Positions 9,436 to 18,870 are shown, counted from the first letter of the stretch. The stretch: 43,524 nucleotides of DNA from Minisyncoccota bacterium (GCA_035533615.1 DATLTM010000003.1:1-43524); one strand, 5' to 3'. Notes: generated by a model not told the origin, from the sequence alone. Program-made: numbers and translations.

Positions 9436-11094
9436 CTAATACTTGACGAGATCGCGCTTGATGTCGTCAAAGGTGCCGCCAACTTTCTTTCCAGGATTGA
9501 GGATGTTCAGGGGATCAAAAACTTTTTTCGTCTTCTCGAAAAGAGCGACCATTTCCGCCCCGAAGAGCAGTCCGAGATACGGTGTGCGGATGATGCCGTC
9601 GTTGTGCTCGCCGGTCGTTGTCCCACCCTCGGAGACGACAAGTTTATAGACTTTCGGCGCGAGGTCGAGAATGACCTGGCGATTTTCCTCTTTCGTAAGA
9701 TCCATGAGCGGAATGATGTGGAAATTTCCGTCGCCGATATGGCCCGCGATGGTATAGATGAAATGCTCTTTGTATTCGTCGATAAGCGCGTTCAGTTTTG
9801 GCAAAAATGTGGGGTAGCAGGAAGGCGGTACGACGAAATCATCGATGAATGGCGCCGCTTGGAGCCCGCGGACGTTTTTACGCAAAAGATTGAAGCTCTC
9901 GCGTCGGACGATCCAATATTTCTCCGATTCTTTTTCATTCTTCTCTATCTTGGTCCGCACGGCGAGGCCGTCGAGTGCGTCTCGCGCCGCCGCTGCGCGC
10001 TGGTCGGCCTCCTCAATCGTATCTTCGGCGAACTCGGCCATGAGAATGAGCTTCGGCACGCCGCCGGTGGCGACCATTGCCGCCTCGGGGATAAAATCAA
10101 CGCCGAGTCGCGCGGCCTTCGCAAATCCCATTTGGGAGAGCATCTGCGGGAGAAACTTCACGGCGAGCGTGAATGTATGATCGTCGTAACTTTCAAATGA
10201 CTCCGGGTGCTGGAGGAGGACACGGTTCACTATCTCGGGCAGGATACCGATGTCGGAGAGGAAGATGACGAGCATCGCGCGGTGCTCTTTCGGCTTTACG
10301 AGCGCGAGCTTGGCCTTCGTCCAGAGAGCGAGCGTGCCTTGGGAGCCGCAAACGAGCTTCGCGAGGTTAAAGGTATTCGTTTTTGTGTCGCGTATGTTCC
10401 AGAGCGCGTAGCCGGCGGAGTTTTTAGATACCTTCGGGCGCTTCTCTTCGATGAGTGCGGCGTTGTCGGTTATGAGCGCATCCATAGTGCGATAGATATC
10501 ACCTTCAAGCGTTTGAAGCTTTTTCTTTTCTTCCAATTCCGCTTCTGTGAGCGCCCTGAAGGTTGTCTGCGATCCGTCAGAGAGGACGACAGCAACTTCC
10601 TCGACATATTTCTCCGTTTTCCCGTATTCGAGTGTGCGCTCACCGCCGGAATTGTTGGACACAATGCCGCCCATGGCGGCTATCTCACGGCTCGCGGGGT
10701 AGGAGGGAAGTATGAGACCCTTTTCCAGCGTCGCCTTTTCAAAATCACGATAGTACACACCGGGTTCGGTCACAGCATAGTCGTTGCCGACCTCAGTCAC
10801 GTGGTTCATATGCTCCGTGAAGGAGACGACGACGCCGGTGGTGAGCGGACCGCCGGACATATCGGTACCCGCCGAACGTCCTGCGAGCGAGATATCCGCG
10901 CCCGCGGAGCGGGCGCGGCCGATCTCCTTCACGACCGCGCTCACGTCATGTGCGTCTTTCGGGTATACGACGAGCTCCGGCATTCTTGTAAAAAGGGAAG
11001 TGTCGCGGCTGAATGTTTTAAGTGTCTCCGCGTCATCCGATACTTCTCCCCGCACCGCGCTCTGGAGCGCGTTCTTTAATTCTTCGGTAGTCAT
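9436..11094 (-). CDS. FAD-linked oxidase (GlcD-like; FAD_binding_4 + FAD-oxidase C-terminal domain)
   Basis: 'AVVKEIGRARSAGADISLAGRSAGTDMSGG' in the N-terminal half. 'TIAGHIGDGNFHIIP' and 'GGTTTGEHNDGIIR' in the C-terminal half. Confidence 0.8.
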   Translation of the reverse strand: MTTEELKNALQSAVRGEVSDDAETLKTFSRDTSLFTRMPELVVYPKDAHDVSAVVKEIGRARSAGADISLAGRSAGTDMSGGPLTTGVVVSFTEHMNHVTEVGNDYAVTEPGVYYRDFEKATLEKGLILPSYPASREIAAMGGIVSNNSGGERTLEYGKTEKYVEEVAVVLSDGSQTTFRALTEAELEEKKKLQTLEGDIYRTMDALITDNAALIEEKRPKVSKNSAGYALWNIRDTKTNTFNLAKLVCGSQGTLALWTKAKLALVKPKEHRAMLVIFLSDIGILPEIVNRVLLQHPESFESYDDHTFTLAVKFLPQMLSQMGFAKAARLGVDFIPEAAMVATGGVPKLILMAEFAEDTIEEADQRAAAARDALDGLAVRTKIEKNEKESEKYWIVRRESFNLLRKNVRGLQAAPFIDDFVVPPSCYPTFLPKLNALIDEYKEHFIYTIAGHIGDGNFHIIPLMDLTKEENRQVILDLAPKVYKLVVSEGGTTTGEHNDGIIRTPYLGLLFGAEMVALFEKTKKVFDPLNILNPGKKVGGTFDDIKRDLVKY

Positions 11095-11172
11095 ATGGTC
11101 CAGTATATACTAGAGGAATAGTCCGAGTCCCAGACGGCCAGCTAATAAAATACAAAAGGATTCAAACCTATT

Positions 11173-11931
11173 TTAAGGAACAAGTAAGGTTAGTTTTGAA
11201 AGAAGAATACTAAGATCTTTTGCATCAACGACGCCGTCGCCATCGAGGTCTGCCTCTTTATCTTTTGGTATTCCCCAATTAGCAATGAGGATGCTGAGGT
11301 CGGTAAGGTCCACCTTCCCATCGTGGTTCAGATCTCCCACCAGATACGGAATCGTCGGCGGAGTTACTATATTGAAATCGGCAAGTTGGCTCGGGACAGT
11401 CAGTGCAGTCCCTAATCCGTCATTGGCAAGTACGCTCGTATTAATGAGTGATAACTCAATCGGCCCGGGTACTTTTGCTTGGAAGACCACTGTGAGAACG
11501 TTGCCCGCTATTCCAAGGAAGCCGGGTGTCGGCAGGCCGCCTGAAAAAATAATGGTGTTGGTAGTTGTGGAAAAGTACGGATTGACCGGTACCCAGAACG
11601 TATCTATTGAATTTTTGGTGGAAATAGATTTTATTGCAAGTTTATCGGCCGGGAAGACGATCTCACCCCCAACGGTATTCACTGCGTCCTTCGTGGAGTC
11701 GAGGAGTACCGATACGGCGATAAGATCGCCCGTATTGTACTCTCCACTTGCAGGGCTGAAATACATTCTTGTTTGTAAAGTGTCTGCCCGTATAGTCGTT
11801 TCTACATTTTTATTACTGGTCAGAAGATACACTATGGTATTGAAGTTATAAATGACTAACAAAAGAAAGAAACAGACAACGATTAACAACCAGTGTTTTC
11901 TGAGATATCCAACCGCGAGGGGAGGATTCAT
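11173..11931 (-). CDS. Membrane-anchored protein with a cohesin-like domain and a C-terminal dockerin (two EF-hand-like repeats)
   Basis: Dockerin repeats 'DLNHDGKVDLTDLSILIANWG' and 'DLDGDGVVDAKDLSILLSKL'. Cohesin-like beta region 'GDLIAVSVLLDS...VGGEIVFPADKLAIKSIS'. N-terminal TM. The gene is visibly AT-richer than its neighbours. Confidence 0.65.
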   Translation of the reverse strand: MNPPLAVGYLRKHWLLIVVCFFLLLVIYNFNTIVYLLTSNKNVETTIRADTLQTRMYFSPASGEYNTGDLIAVSVLLDSTKDAVNTVGGEIVFPADKLAIKSISTKNSIDTFWVPVNPYFSTTTNTIIFSGGLPTPGFLGIAGNVLTVVFQAKVPGPIELSLINTSVLANDGLGTALTVPSQLADFNIVTPPTIPYLVGDLNHDGKVDLTDLSILIANWGIPKDKEADLDGDGVVDAKDLSILLSKLTLLVP

Positions 11932-12089
11932 AGATTACTATCAGTATACCCCTGCTACAGGATATCAATCATTTGACTGTGGACTGCCAACGGTTCTCAC
12001 ATCGAACCACACGGTCACCAGCCCGGTAGACCTGTGATAGGGTGTGGATTTCTCGCGTTCGCAGACGTGGCGGTGATACGATTCAACAT

Positions 12090-12263
12090 ATGGCGACGAA
12101 TCCACCACCTGGGCCGGGGAGAAGGGGTGAGGTGAGGAAACGTGATCAGGTCTACAGCCCGCAGAATAAGCGCTGGACGAAGCGTGGTGCGGATAAGAAA
12201 TTCATGGATCAGATGGCGAAGAAGAAGGCGAAGTTTAAGGGCGTTCGGAAGATAAAGAAATGA
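12090..12263 (+). CDS. Small very basic protein (57 aa), unknown
   Basis: Track ORF 12042..12263 trimmed to 'MATNPPPGPGRRGEVRKRDQVYSPQNKRWTKRG...'. TACGAT-N7-ATG lies upstream. K/R-rich. Confidence 0.4.
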   Translation: MATNPPPGPGRRGEVRKRDQVYSPQNKRWTKRGADKKFMDQMAKKKAKFKGVRKIKK

Positions 12264-12412
12264 TCAAGAAGATCAGCGGGAAGTACGTGGTCGTGGGCGA
12301 GGCGAAGATGAAAAACGGGAAACTGCGAAGATTCGGAACGTATAGGACACTCGCTGAGGCGAAGAAGCGTTTGCGGGAAGTAGAATTTTTCAAATACCGC
12401 GCACGCAAATAA
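12260..12412 (+). CDS. Small basic protein (50 aa), hand-called, ATGA-overlapped with the previous ORF
   Basis: Hand translation MIKKISGKYVVVGEAKMKNGKLRRFGTYRTLAEAKKRLREVEFFKYRARK. The ATG at 12260 overlaps the TGA at 12261-12263. Below the track length cut-off. Confidence 0.4.
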   Translation: MIKKISGKYVVVGEAKMKNGKLRRFGTYRTLAEAKKRLREVEFFKYRARK

Positions 12413-12429
12413 ATTGGTATGCTAGGGGT

Positions 12430-12945
12430 ATGAAGGAATACGCCATTGTGCTCGGCGTTGTTGCCGTGACGATTGTCGCCGCACTCTGGGCGGAAGGCAT
12501 GCGTATACCAAAGACGCCGGCTGGACAGGTATGTTCGACGGAGGCGAAGCTTTGTCCCGACGGTTCGTACATCGCACGTACCGGCCCGAATTGCGAATTC
12601 GCGCCGTGTCCAGCGGCTACAACTACTTCGCCGGGCACTTCCGGTGTGCGCGGGACAATCTCACTCGGGCCGACCTGCCCGGTCGAGCGCATACCGCCCG
12701 ATCCCGCCTGCGCCGATAAGCCGTATGCGACGGCCATTGCGGTGTACCGCGCCGGCTCAAGCTCGCCATTCATCATCGGGAATTCAAACACGACGGGGGC
12801 ATTCTCGCTCACGCTCCCGCCCGGCTCCTATACGCTCAACGCAGGGAACGGGACGATGCTTCCCCGCTGTACGCCGGTGAACGTTATCGTCGTCTCCGCT
12901 GCATACGCTACTACGAGCATTTCATGCGACACTGGGATTCGGTAG
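12430..12945 (+). CDS. Membrane-anchored secreted Cys-containing protein, unknown
   Basis: N-terminal TM 'YAIVLGVVAVTIVAALW' and a beta-rich C-terminal domain. TATGCT-N6-ATG start context. Confidence 0.55.
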   Translation: MKEYAIVLGVVAVTIVAALWAEGMRIPKTPAGQVCSTEAKLCPDGSYIARTGPNCEFAPCPAATTTSPGTSGVRGTISLGPTCPVERIPPDPACADKPYATAIAVYRAGSSSPFIIGNSNTTGAFSLTLPPGSYTLNAGNGTMLPRCTPVNVIVVSAAYATTSISCDTGIR

Positions 12946-12960
12946 AGTATACTTTTATAC

Positions 12961-13233
12961 ATGCATATCAAATGGAATACGGTGACGTGGTATTCGAAGC
13001 TCGCGGCGGTTGTGGTCTTCCTCGGTACATTTCTCATTGCCTTCAATCTCGGCATTCTCTACGAGCAAGTGCACGTCGAGAACGCACTGCTTGAAGCGCC
13101 GAGTATTCCCGGCGGTACCGCCGGGGCGCGCTGCGGCGGATTCATCAGGAATGCGCCGACTTGCGCGGGCGGTTACCATTGTCAACTCATAGTCAGCCGA
13201 CCAGATACGGGCGGCGTTTGTGTGAAGGATTAG
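12961..13233 (+). CDS. Small membrane-anchored Cys-rich protein, unknown
   Basis: TM 'LAAVVVFLGTFLIAF' and C-terminal 'CGGFIRNAPTCAGGYHCQ...GVCV'. TATACT-N7-ATG start context. Confidence 0.5.
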   Translation: MHIKWNTVTWYSKLAAVVVFLGTFLIAFNLGILYEQVHVENALLEAPSIPGGTAGARCGGFIRNAPTCAGGYHCQLIVSRPDTGGVCVKD

Positions 13234-13257
13234 TCCCGGGTCTGGTAGAGTGTTGTG

Positions 13258-14925
13258 ATGACCCAAGGCGAGGCGCTTACGATTTTAAAGACGGGTGCGA
13301 ATGTATACCTCACCGGCGAGCCGGGGAGCGGGAAGACACACACGATAAACGAATTCGTCTCCTGGCTACGCGCCTCCGGCATCGAGCCCTCGGTGACGGC
13401 AGCGACTGGTATCGCTGCCACCCACGTCGGGGGAATGACCCTTCACTCATGGAGCGGCATCGGTGTGAGCGAATCGCTTTCCCGCGCCGACATTGACCGC
13501 ATCGCGGGCAAGGAGCATATCGCGCGACGCATCCAGAAAGCGAAGGTGCTCATCATCGAAGAAATATCCATGCTCTCGGCGACGACATTTGAGATGGTGG
13601 ATGCCGTTTGCCGCGAGGTGCGGCGCATAGACGCGCCGTTTGGCGGACTGGTGGTCGTCCTTGTCGGCGACTTCTTTCAGCTCCCGCCGGTCTCGCGTCA
13701 CACAGAGGCCGTCTTCGCGTATAGATCGAAAGTCTGGCGCGAGTTGAATCTCATCACCTGTTACCTTACCGAGCAGTATCGGCAGGATGATAGCGAGTTT
13801 CTTAGCGTACTCGCAGCGATACGCACCGGGAATGTGGAGGAGTTCCATTACGAAGAGCTGATGGCGCGCCATACAGAATCGACGGAACTGCCCGTTAACA
13901 CGCCGAAACTCTTCTCTCATAACGCCGACGTTGACCGCATCAATGCGGCGGAACTTGCGAAGCTTCCAGGCAGGGTCAGGACATTCCGCATGAGTTCCAA
14001 AGGCAAGGATTCGCTTGTGGAAGGGCTGAAGCGAGGCTGTCTTTCGCCCGAAGTCCTGGAACTGAAGGAGGGCGCGGCGGTTATGTTCACCAAGAACTCG
14101 CCGCAGGGAAGGTTCGTCAATGGCACGCTCGGCGTCATCACCGGCTGGAGCGTTGATGGTATGCCCGTCGTGGAGACGAAGAACGGCTTCACTGTTTCTA
14201 CTGAGCCGATGGAATGGCAACTGGAAGAGCAAGGGAAAGTGAAAGCGAGTGTCGCCCAGGTACCGCTCCGGCTCGCCTACGCGATGACGGTGCATAAGAG
14301 TCAGGGAATGAGCATGGATGCCGCGATCATGGATCTTTCCAAAGCATTTGAATACGGACAGGGATATGTCGCGCTCTCCCGTGTGCGGAAGCTCTCCGGC
14401 GTGTATCTCATCGGTCTCAACCAGCGCGCGCTTGAAGTGCATCCGGAGATTTTAGAAAAGGACAGGGACTTCCGTGCCGCATCAGACGCGGCGCAGAGCG
14501 CTTTCTCCAAGATGCTGGAGACGGAAAAAGTCTCGCTGCAGAAGAAATTCGTCAAAGCGATGGGTGGGGCATATGTCACCAAAGGAGCAAAGCGTGATAT
14601 GCAAAATCCAAAGCAAAGAAACGCAGGGCTACCCGGGAGATTGGCGGAGACGCTCCAGAGCGTGCGGGGCGCTAAGAGTTTGAAAGAGGCGGCGAAGATG
14701 CGCAGATTCGTCCCATCGACTATCGTACAGCATCTTGAAGAGCTCGACGCTATCGGAGCGCTGACCCGCACTGATTTTGCGCATCTCGTGCCGATGGATG
14801 CCATCGACGAGATCCATGAGGCGTTCGCCGGCGAGAGCAGCGACAAACTCTCACCCATTTTCCACGCGCTTGGCGGCCGCCACTCATTTGAAACCATCCG
14901 CCTCGTGCGGCTTATGCGGTCATAG
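13258..14925 (+). CDS. PIF1/RecD-family ATP-dependent DNA helicase with C-terminal HTH-like tail
   Basis: Walker A 'LTGEPGSGKTHTI', Walker B 'VLIIEEISML', 'VLVGDFFQLPPV', 'AMTVHKSQGMSMD'. I prefer the ATG at 13258 (TAGAGT-N6-ATG) to the track GTG at 13255. Confidence 0.85.
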   Translation: MTQGEALTILKTGANVYLTGEPGSGKTHTINEFVSWLRASGIEPSVTAATGIAATHVGGMTLHSWSGIGVSESLSRADIDRIAGKEHIARRIQKAKVLIIEEISMLSATTFEMVDAVCREVRRIDAPFGGLVVVLVGDFFQLPPVSRHTEAVFAYRSKVWRELNLITCYLTEQYRQDDSEFLSVLAAIRTGNVEEFHYEELMARHTESTELPVNTPKLFSHNADVDRINAAELAKLPGRVRTFRMSSKGKDSLVEGLKRGCLSPEVLELKEGAAVMFTKNSPQGRFVNGTLGVITGWSVDGMPVVETKNGFTVSTEPMEWQLEEQGKVKASVAQVPLRLAYAMTVHKSQGMSMDAAIMDLSKAFEYGQGYVALSRVRKLSGVYLIGLNQRALEVHPEILEKDRDFRAASDAAQSAFSKMLETEKVSLQKKFVKAMGGAYVTKGAKRDMQNPKQRNAGLPGRLAETLQSVRGAKSLKEAAKMRRFVPSTIVQHLEELDAIGALTRTDFAHLVPMDAIDEIHEAFAGESSDKLSPIFHALGGRHSFETIRLVRLMRS

Positions 14926-14933
14926 TGCTGGTT

Positions 14934-15686
14934 TCAGTCGGAGGAGAGGACACTTTCGATAATCCGTGCTGTCTCGGCGGGACCGCTTACTTGGTGGGTT
15001 GCAATTCCTGATTCCTTCACAATCTCATCGTTCCCTCCGGGGAAGAGTGCGTCGCCGACGTAGAGCATGTTAGAAATCGGCACCCCGAGAATTTCAGAGA
15101 ATTTTCGAACACCGTACGCTTTTGTTATGCCCTCGCGTGTGATATCGATGGAATTGGTTGCGTTCACGCGAACGGAGAACCCGGGAAGCCGTGCAATGAG
15201 AGTGGCCTGGAGCGGCGCTCGTTTCTTCCGTTCGGGATCCCAGCTCTGTTTCTCGCCAATTGGCGCTTGTTGTCCGAGCGCCGACCATGTAATCTGCGAG
15301 CCGCGATCTTCCGTTTGCTCACCCCAGAGCTTTGGCGGTGGCTTATCGAGACCGGTTTCGCGGAGTGCTTCTGTAAGCGCCCCAAGTACGCGGGACTTCT
15401 CCTCCGGCGTAAACGGGTTGGCGTATCGGGATTGCCAGGACCCGTCTTTCCAGAGGTAGCACTGTGAAGCGCTCGTCGGGAAGAGATAAAGATTTTTAAG
15501 ATTAGCTTTTTGTGGAATACCGCCAAGAAATTGCTTCTGAAACTGTGTATAAGAGCCGCCGGACATAACAGCTACCGGCATTTTCTCAAAAAGACGTGCG
15601 AGAGCCTCTCCCATTTCTGCCGTCAGCGGCGATTTGCTTTCCGTAAGCGTACCGTCAAGATCAAAAATAATTGCTTGAAGCTCCAT
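14934..15686 (-). CDS. HAD-IIB hydrolase, eukaryotic-type phosphomannomutase-like
   Basis: HAD motif I 'IIFDLDGTLTES' and motif IV 'MLYVGDALFPGGNDE'. The cap region is PMM-like. Starts 3 nt after the GH130 gene stop. Confidence 0.75.
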   Translation of the reverse strand: MELQAIIFDLDGTLTESKSPLTAEMGEALARLFEKMPVAVMSGGSYTQFQKQFLGGIPQKANLKNLYLFPTSASQCYLWKDGSWQSRYANPFTPEEKSRVLGALTEALRETGLDKPPPKLWGEQTEDRGSQITWSALGQQAPIGEKQSWDPERKKRAPLQATLIARLPGFSVRVNATNSIDITREGITKAYGVRKFSEILGVPISNMLYVGDALFPGGNDEIVKESGIATHQVSGPAETARIIESVLSSD

Positions 15687-15689
15687 AGG

Positions 15690-17603
15690 TCACGAGAGTG
15701 CATCAAGCATATGCGCGAGAGAAGCAGTCGCGACACCGATAACTTTGTCGGCAGCGCCGTAGTAGAGAAAGAGGGTATCGCCACGAACGACAGTGCCGCA
15801 GGAGAAGACGACGTTTGCAATCTCTCCCCGCTGCTCGTATTTTTCCAGTGGCTCAAAAACGGGGTCGGCGGTACGCGCGAGAATCGTCGTGCCGGAAGAG
15901 TCAAGGAGTGCGGCACCAAGGCGATAGGTTCCGTGACGCGAGACGCCGTGGTAAATCATCAGCCATTTGTCGGCAACTTTAATCGGCGGCGCTGCGCTGC
16001 CAACCTTCAACCCGTCCCACATGCCGCGGCGAGGTGCCATGATTTCGATGCAGCGGCTTACGCGCTTTCCGGACTCTATGTCAGGCAGAAGGTCGGCACA
16101 AATCCGATTATCGATGCGGTGATATAGCAGATAATTTCCGCCTATCTTTTCTGGCAGAAGCGCGAGATCCTTGTCGTCCGTGCCGTCAGGCGTCAACAAA
16201 TTCGGCATGCTCCATTTATCGAATCGTTTTGCAAGAAAGTCGTCCACGCTAATTGAAGTTACCGCGCCAGCGGGTGGCCGCACACCGTCGTATGCGGTGT
16301 AGGTCATGTGAATCATATCGCCAATATGTACGATGCGCGGGTCCTCGCAACCGGAATTATTAGTAGGACCTCCGTGTTTCATCTCAAACTCTTTCCGCGG
16401 TATATACACTGGCTCATCCAGTCGTTCATCGATCGCGACGCCGTCCTTAGAGACGGCAAGTCCGATGGTTGAGGTATTCATTTTATCCATAGCTCGATAG
16501 AGGAGGTATATCGAACCGTTGAGATCGAGTGCGGCAGTGTTCAGGACGTCATGGCTCTCGAAGCCGTCGCCACGGGCAGAGAGGATTGGATTTTGCGGCG
16601 CGCGAGTAAAGGTGCGTGCGGGCTGTTTGGGGTCGAGCGCGCGCATAAGATCGTGGAGCTTTACGCTTGCTTTAGCGCAGACGGTGTCCGCTGCGCCGTA
16701 CCAAATATCGAGCCAGCCGCCCTCGCCGACAGTGACGCTGGTTGGAAAGACGATATGCGGTACGAGACCATATTCCTCATAGAATTCCTGCGGTACCAGA
16801 ATGGACTCGGTGCGCGAAATGATCTTCTGGGGATTCCCATGGTCAAGCAGCGCCGCTTCAACTGAGAAAATGCGTTCCTGTTCGTTATAGTAATTCTGAA
16901 TGTACGAATAGACGAGCAACCACCCATGCGGGGTCGAGAGCGGTGATGCTCCGACCTCGATATGGTCATCGTCGCTCCGGCGCAGCTCAGAAAGCGCATG
17001 ATCGGCGATATGATCATGCCAATTATGCCAATACTCTGGACTAAAGAAATCCTCAATCCGTTTCGCGCGCGCGAGCGCGATAGTCGGCCGCTGATGTTCT
17101 GCGGTCCAGTCGGTATGCGCAGTGAGGAGCATTACAATGTCGCCGTCCACGCGCTCGGAGAACAGCGTTGCGGCTTTCGCGTTGAACGGCGTGAGCAGAT
17201 GCCGTTCGGTAAAGGTATCCGGCGTATCGCCAATAGCAACCGCAACCTTGATATTGTCTGGGCCGAACGGAAAGCCGCCGAGTGCCGTATAGAAACAGTA
17301 CCAACGGCCTTCAAAGAGAGTTACGCGCGGGTCTTCACAGCCGAAGGCATCCCACGGTTCTTCAGGAACGATGACCTGTTTTCGCGAATGGAAATGTGTA
17401 CCGTCTTCGGCAAAGGCGGTGCCGATTGTCGAGAGGTTGGGGTGTGTTCCAAGCGCATCCGTGCTCCCGAGCGCACGGTAGTAGAGGCGCATCCCGTCGA
17501 GGGTAGCGACAACAGACGGATTGTAGGTGGCGAGCGATTCCCACGGACGTTCGCGCTGGGGAGCGAGGATTGGGTTACTTGGTTCTCGGCGGATGACGAA
17601 CAT
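15690..17603 (-). CDS. Tandem (duplicated) GH130-family glycoside phosphorylase/hydrolase
   Basis: Two GH130-type halves, each with the 'CEDPR' motif ('FGCEDPRVTLF', 'SGCEDPRIVHI') and a 'YGAAD' motif ('WYGAADTV', 'YYGAADKV'). Confidence 0.8.
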   Translation of the reverse strand: MFVIRREPSNPILAPQRERPWESLATYNPSVVATLDGMRLYYRALGSTDALGTHPNLSTIGTAFAEDGTHFHSRKQVIVPEEPWDAFGCEDPRVTLFEGRWYCFYTALGGFPFGPDNIKVAVAIGDTPDTFTERHLLTPFNAKAATLFSERVDGDIVMLLTAHTDWTAEHQRPTIALARAKRIEDFFSPEYWHNWHDHIADHALSELRRSDDDHIEVGASPLSTPHGWLLVYSYIQNYYNEQERIFSVEAALLDHGNPQKIISRTESILVPQEFYEEYGLVPHIVFPTSVTVGEGGWLDIWYGAADTVCAKASVKLHDLMRALDPKQPARTFTRAPQNPILSARGDGFESHDVLNTAALDLNGSIYLLYRAMDKMNTSTIGLAVSKDGVAIDERLDEPVYIPRKEFEMKHGGPTNNSGCEDPRIVHIGDMIHMTYTAYDGVRPPAGAVTSISVDDFLAKRFDKWSMPNLLTPDGTDDKDLALLPEKIGGNYLLYHRIDNRICADLLPDIESGKRVSRCIEIMAPRRGMWDGLKVGSAAPPIKVADKWLMIYHGVSRHGTYRLGAALLDSSGTTILARTADPVFEPLEKYEQRGEIANVVFSCGTVVRGDTLFLYYGAADKVIGVATASLAHMLDALS

Positions 17604-17628
17604 ATATATAATATAGTGTACCGTGCCT

Positions 17629-18792
17629 TTAAGGGGCCTCTGTGGGAGTTATCTCCGCAAGCGAAGGTTGGCTGCCTTGGATAATGGCATCAAGGAAAGG
17701 GTCCAAGGGTACGGTTGCAACGCAAACAACCTTGTCCGCGCCGCCGTAATAGACGAAAAGCAGGTCGTCTTTAACGATAGCTCCCGCAGCGTATACGATA
17801 CCGGGTTTGCCGTGATTTTCGTATGGTTCGTCGGGTGAGAGAACGGGTACTGCGGCGCGGTGAAGTACTTTTGTCGGGTCGGCAAGATCAAGCAACATTG
17901 CGCCGAGTTTGTAGCGATGACCTTCGCGCGCGTCGTTTGCGTGGTACAGGACAAGCCACCCTTTCCTCGTTTTGATCGGCGGCGGGCCGGCGCTTCGCGT
18001 ATGAACATGCCATGCGATAGGCGTATCGGGAATTCTTTGAGGATCTGGACTCACAAATTTTCGCTGAGCTAGAGCCGCGAGGTCATCGGTGTATTCAACA
18101 CGGACATGGTGTTCGTCATCCCCGATGATGCTATGCAGTACGGCGAATTGTCCGCCGATTTTCTCAGGGAACAATACCCAGTTCTTATCACGATTGCCGT
18201 GTGAAAGGACAATCGGACCTTCCCAGCTATCGAAACGCGCTGCGAGAAAGTTTTCTACATCCATTGATATAACTGCAACACGGAGCCTCCAATTTTCGAA
18301 CATATTGAACGTGATGTATACCTGCCCGTCGATGACGACCATGCGCGGGTCCTCGCATCCGCCCCAACTGCCGCCAGAAGGATACATCACAGGTGAGTAG
18401 CGTCGCAGATGTACGGCAGGATTGTTCAGATTTCTCGCGACGTAGACGGGATAGGGAAGGCGCTTGTCAAATCTTATGCCATCTGGACTGCTCGCATAGC
18501 CGAGCCGTGAGACGCCGTCCATGCCGATGGCGCGATAAATAAGATGTACATGGCCTTTGATGAGAGCCGCCGCTGGATTCAGCACCGCTTCGGCAGTCCA
18601 AGGAGTAGTGCCCGGTTTGATGATTGGATTATGGGGAGATTTGTTGAGAAAAAGGCGCTGAATTTTTTCCAGCCGCAGGAGAACGACTATTTTTTTCCGT
18701 ATCGGCTTCGAAAACGCAGCGCCGAGAATTGCCCCGACAACGAAGAAAGAAAAAAGCAGCGCGATGATGTTCGCCCAAAAAATAAAGTTCAT
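17629..18792 (-). CDS. Membrane-anchored GH130-family protein
   Basis: Track ORF 17629..18996 trimmed to 'MNFIFWANIIALLFSFFVVGAILGAAF' (the long form would overlap panD; a GAGGGAG SD lies upstream). 'GGCEDPRMVVIDG' and 'YYGGADKVV'. Confidence 0.75.
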   Translation of the reverse strand: MNFIFWANIIALLFSFFVVGAILGAAFSKPIRKKIVVLLRLEKIQRLFLNKSPHNPIIKPGTTPWTAEAVLNPAAALIKGHVHLIYRAIGMDGVSRLGYASSPDGIRFDKRLPYPVYVARNLNNPAVHLRRYSPVMYPSGGSWGGCEDPRMVVIDGQVYITFNMFENWRLRVAVISMDVENFLAARFDSWEGPIVLSHGNRDKNWVLFPEKIGGQFAVLHSIIGDDEHHVRVEYTDDLAALAQRKFVSPDPQRIPDTPIAWHVHTRSAGPPPIKTRKGWLVLYHANDAREGHRYKLGAMLLDLADPTKVLHRAAVPVLSPDEPYENHGKPGIVYAAGAIVKDDLLFVYYGGADKVVCVATVPLDPFLDAIIQGSQPSLAEITPTEAP

Positions 18793-18858
18793 AATGAAGT
18801 GAACTCCCTCACAATACCATTCATATACCGCACAGTGGCTAGATAATGCACAGCGTGG

Positions 18859-18864
18859 TATATT
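18859..18864 (+). promoter_or_regulatory. -10-like box TATATT (TGn-extended) 6 nt before the panD ATG
   Basis: gtggTATATTttcctcATG. There is no SD, so the spacing implies a leaderless mRNA. Confidence 0.45.
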
Positions 18865-18870
18865 TTCCTC

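Noticed and set aside
10207-11079. 290-aa plus-strand ORF. The same reasoning applies to 9604..10200, 13447..14442 (-), 16962..17684 (+), 11285..11851 (+), 8101..8739 (-), 33199..33768 (-) and 28241..28825 (+)
   Set aside because: All are antisense shadows of genes with clear family motifs (FAD oxidase, PIF1 helicase, GH130, cohesin/dockerin, HlyD, GST, AI-2E). None has a recognisable domain.
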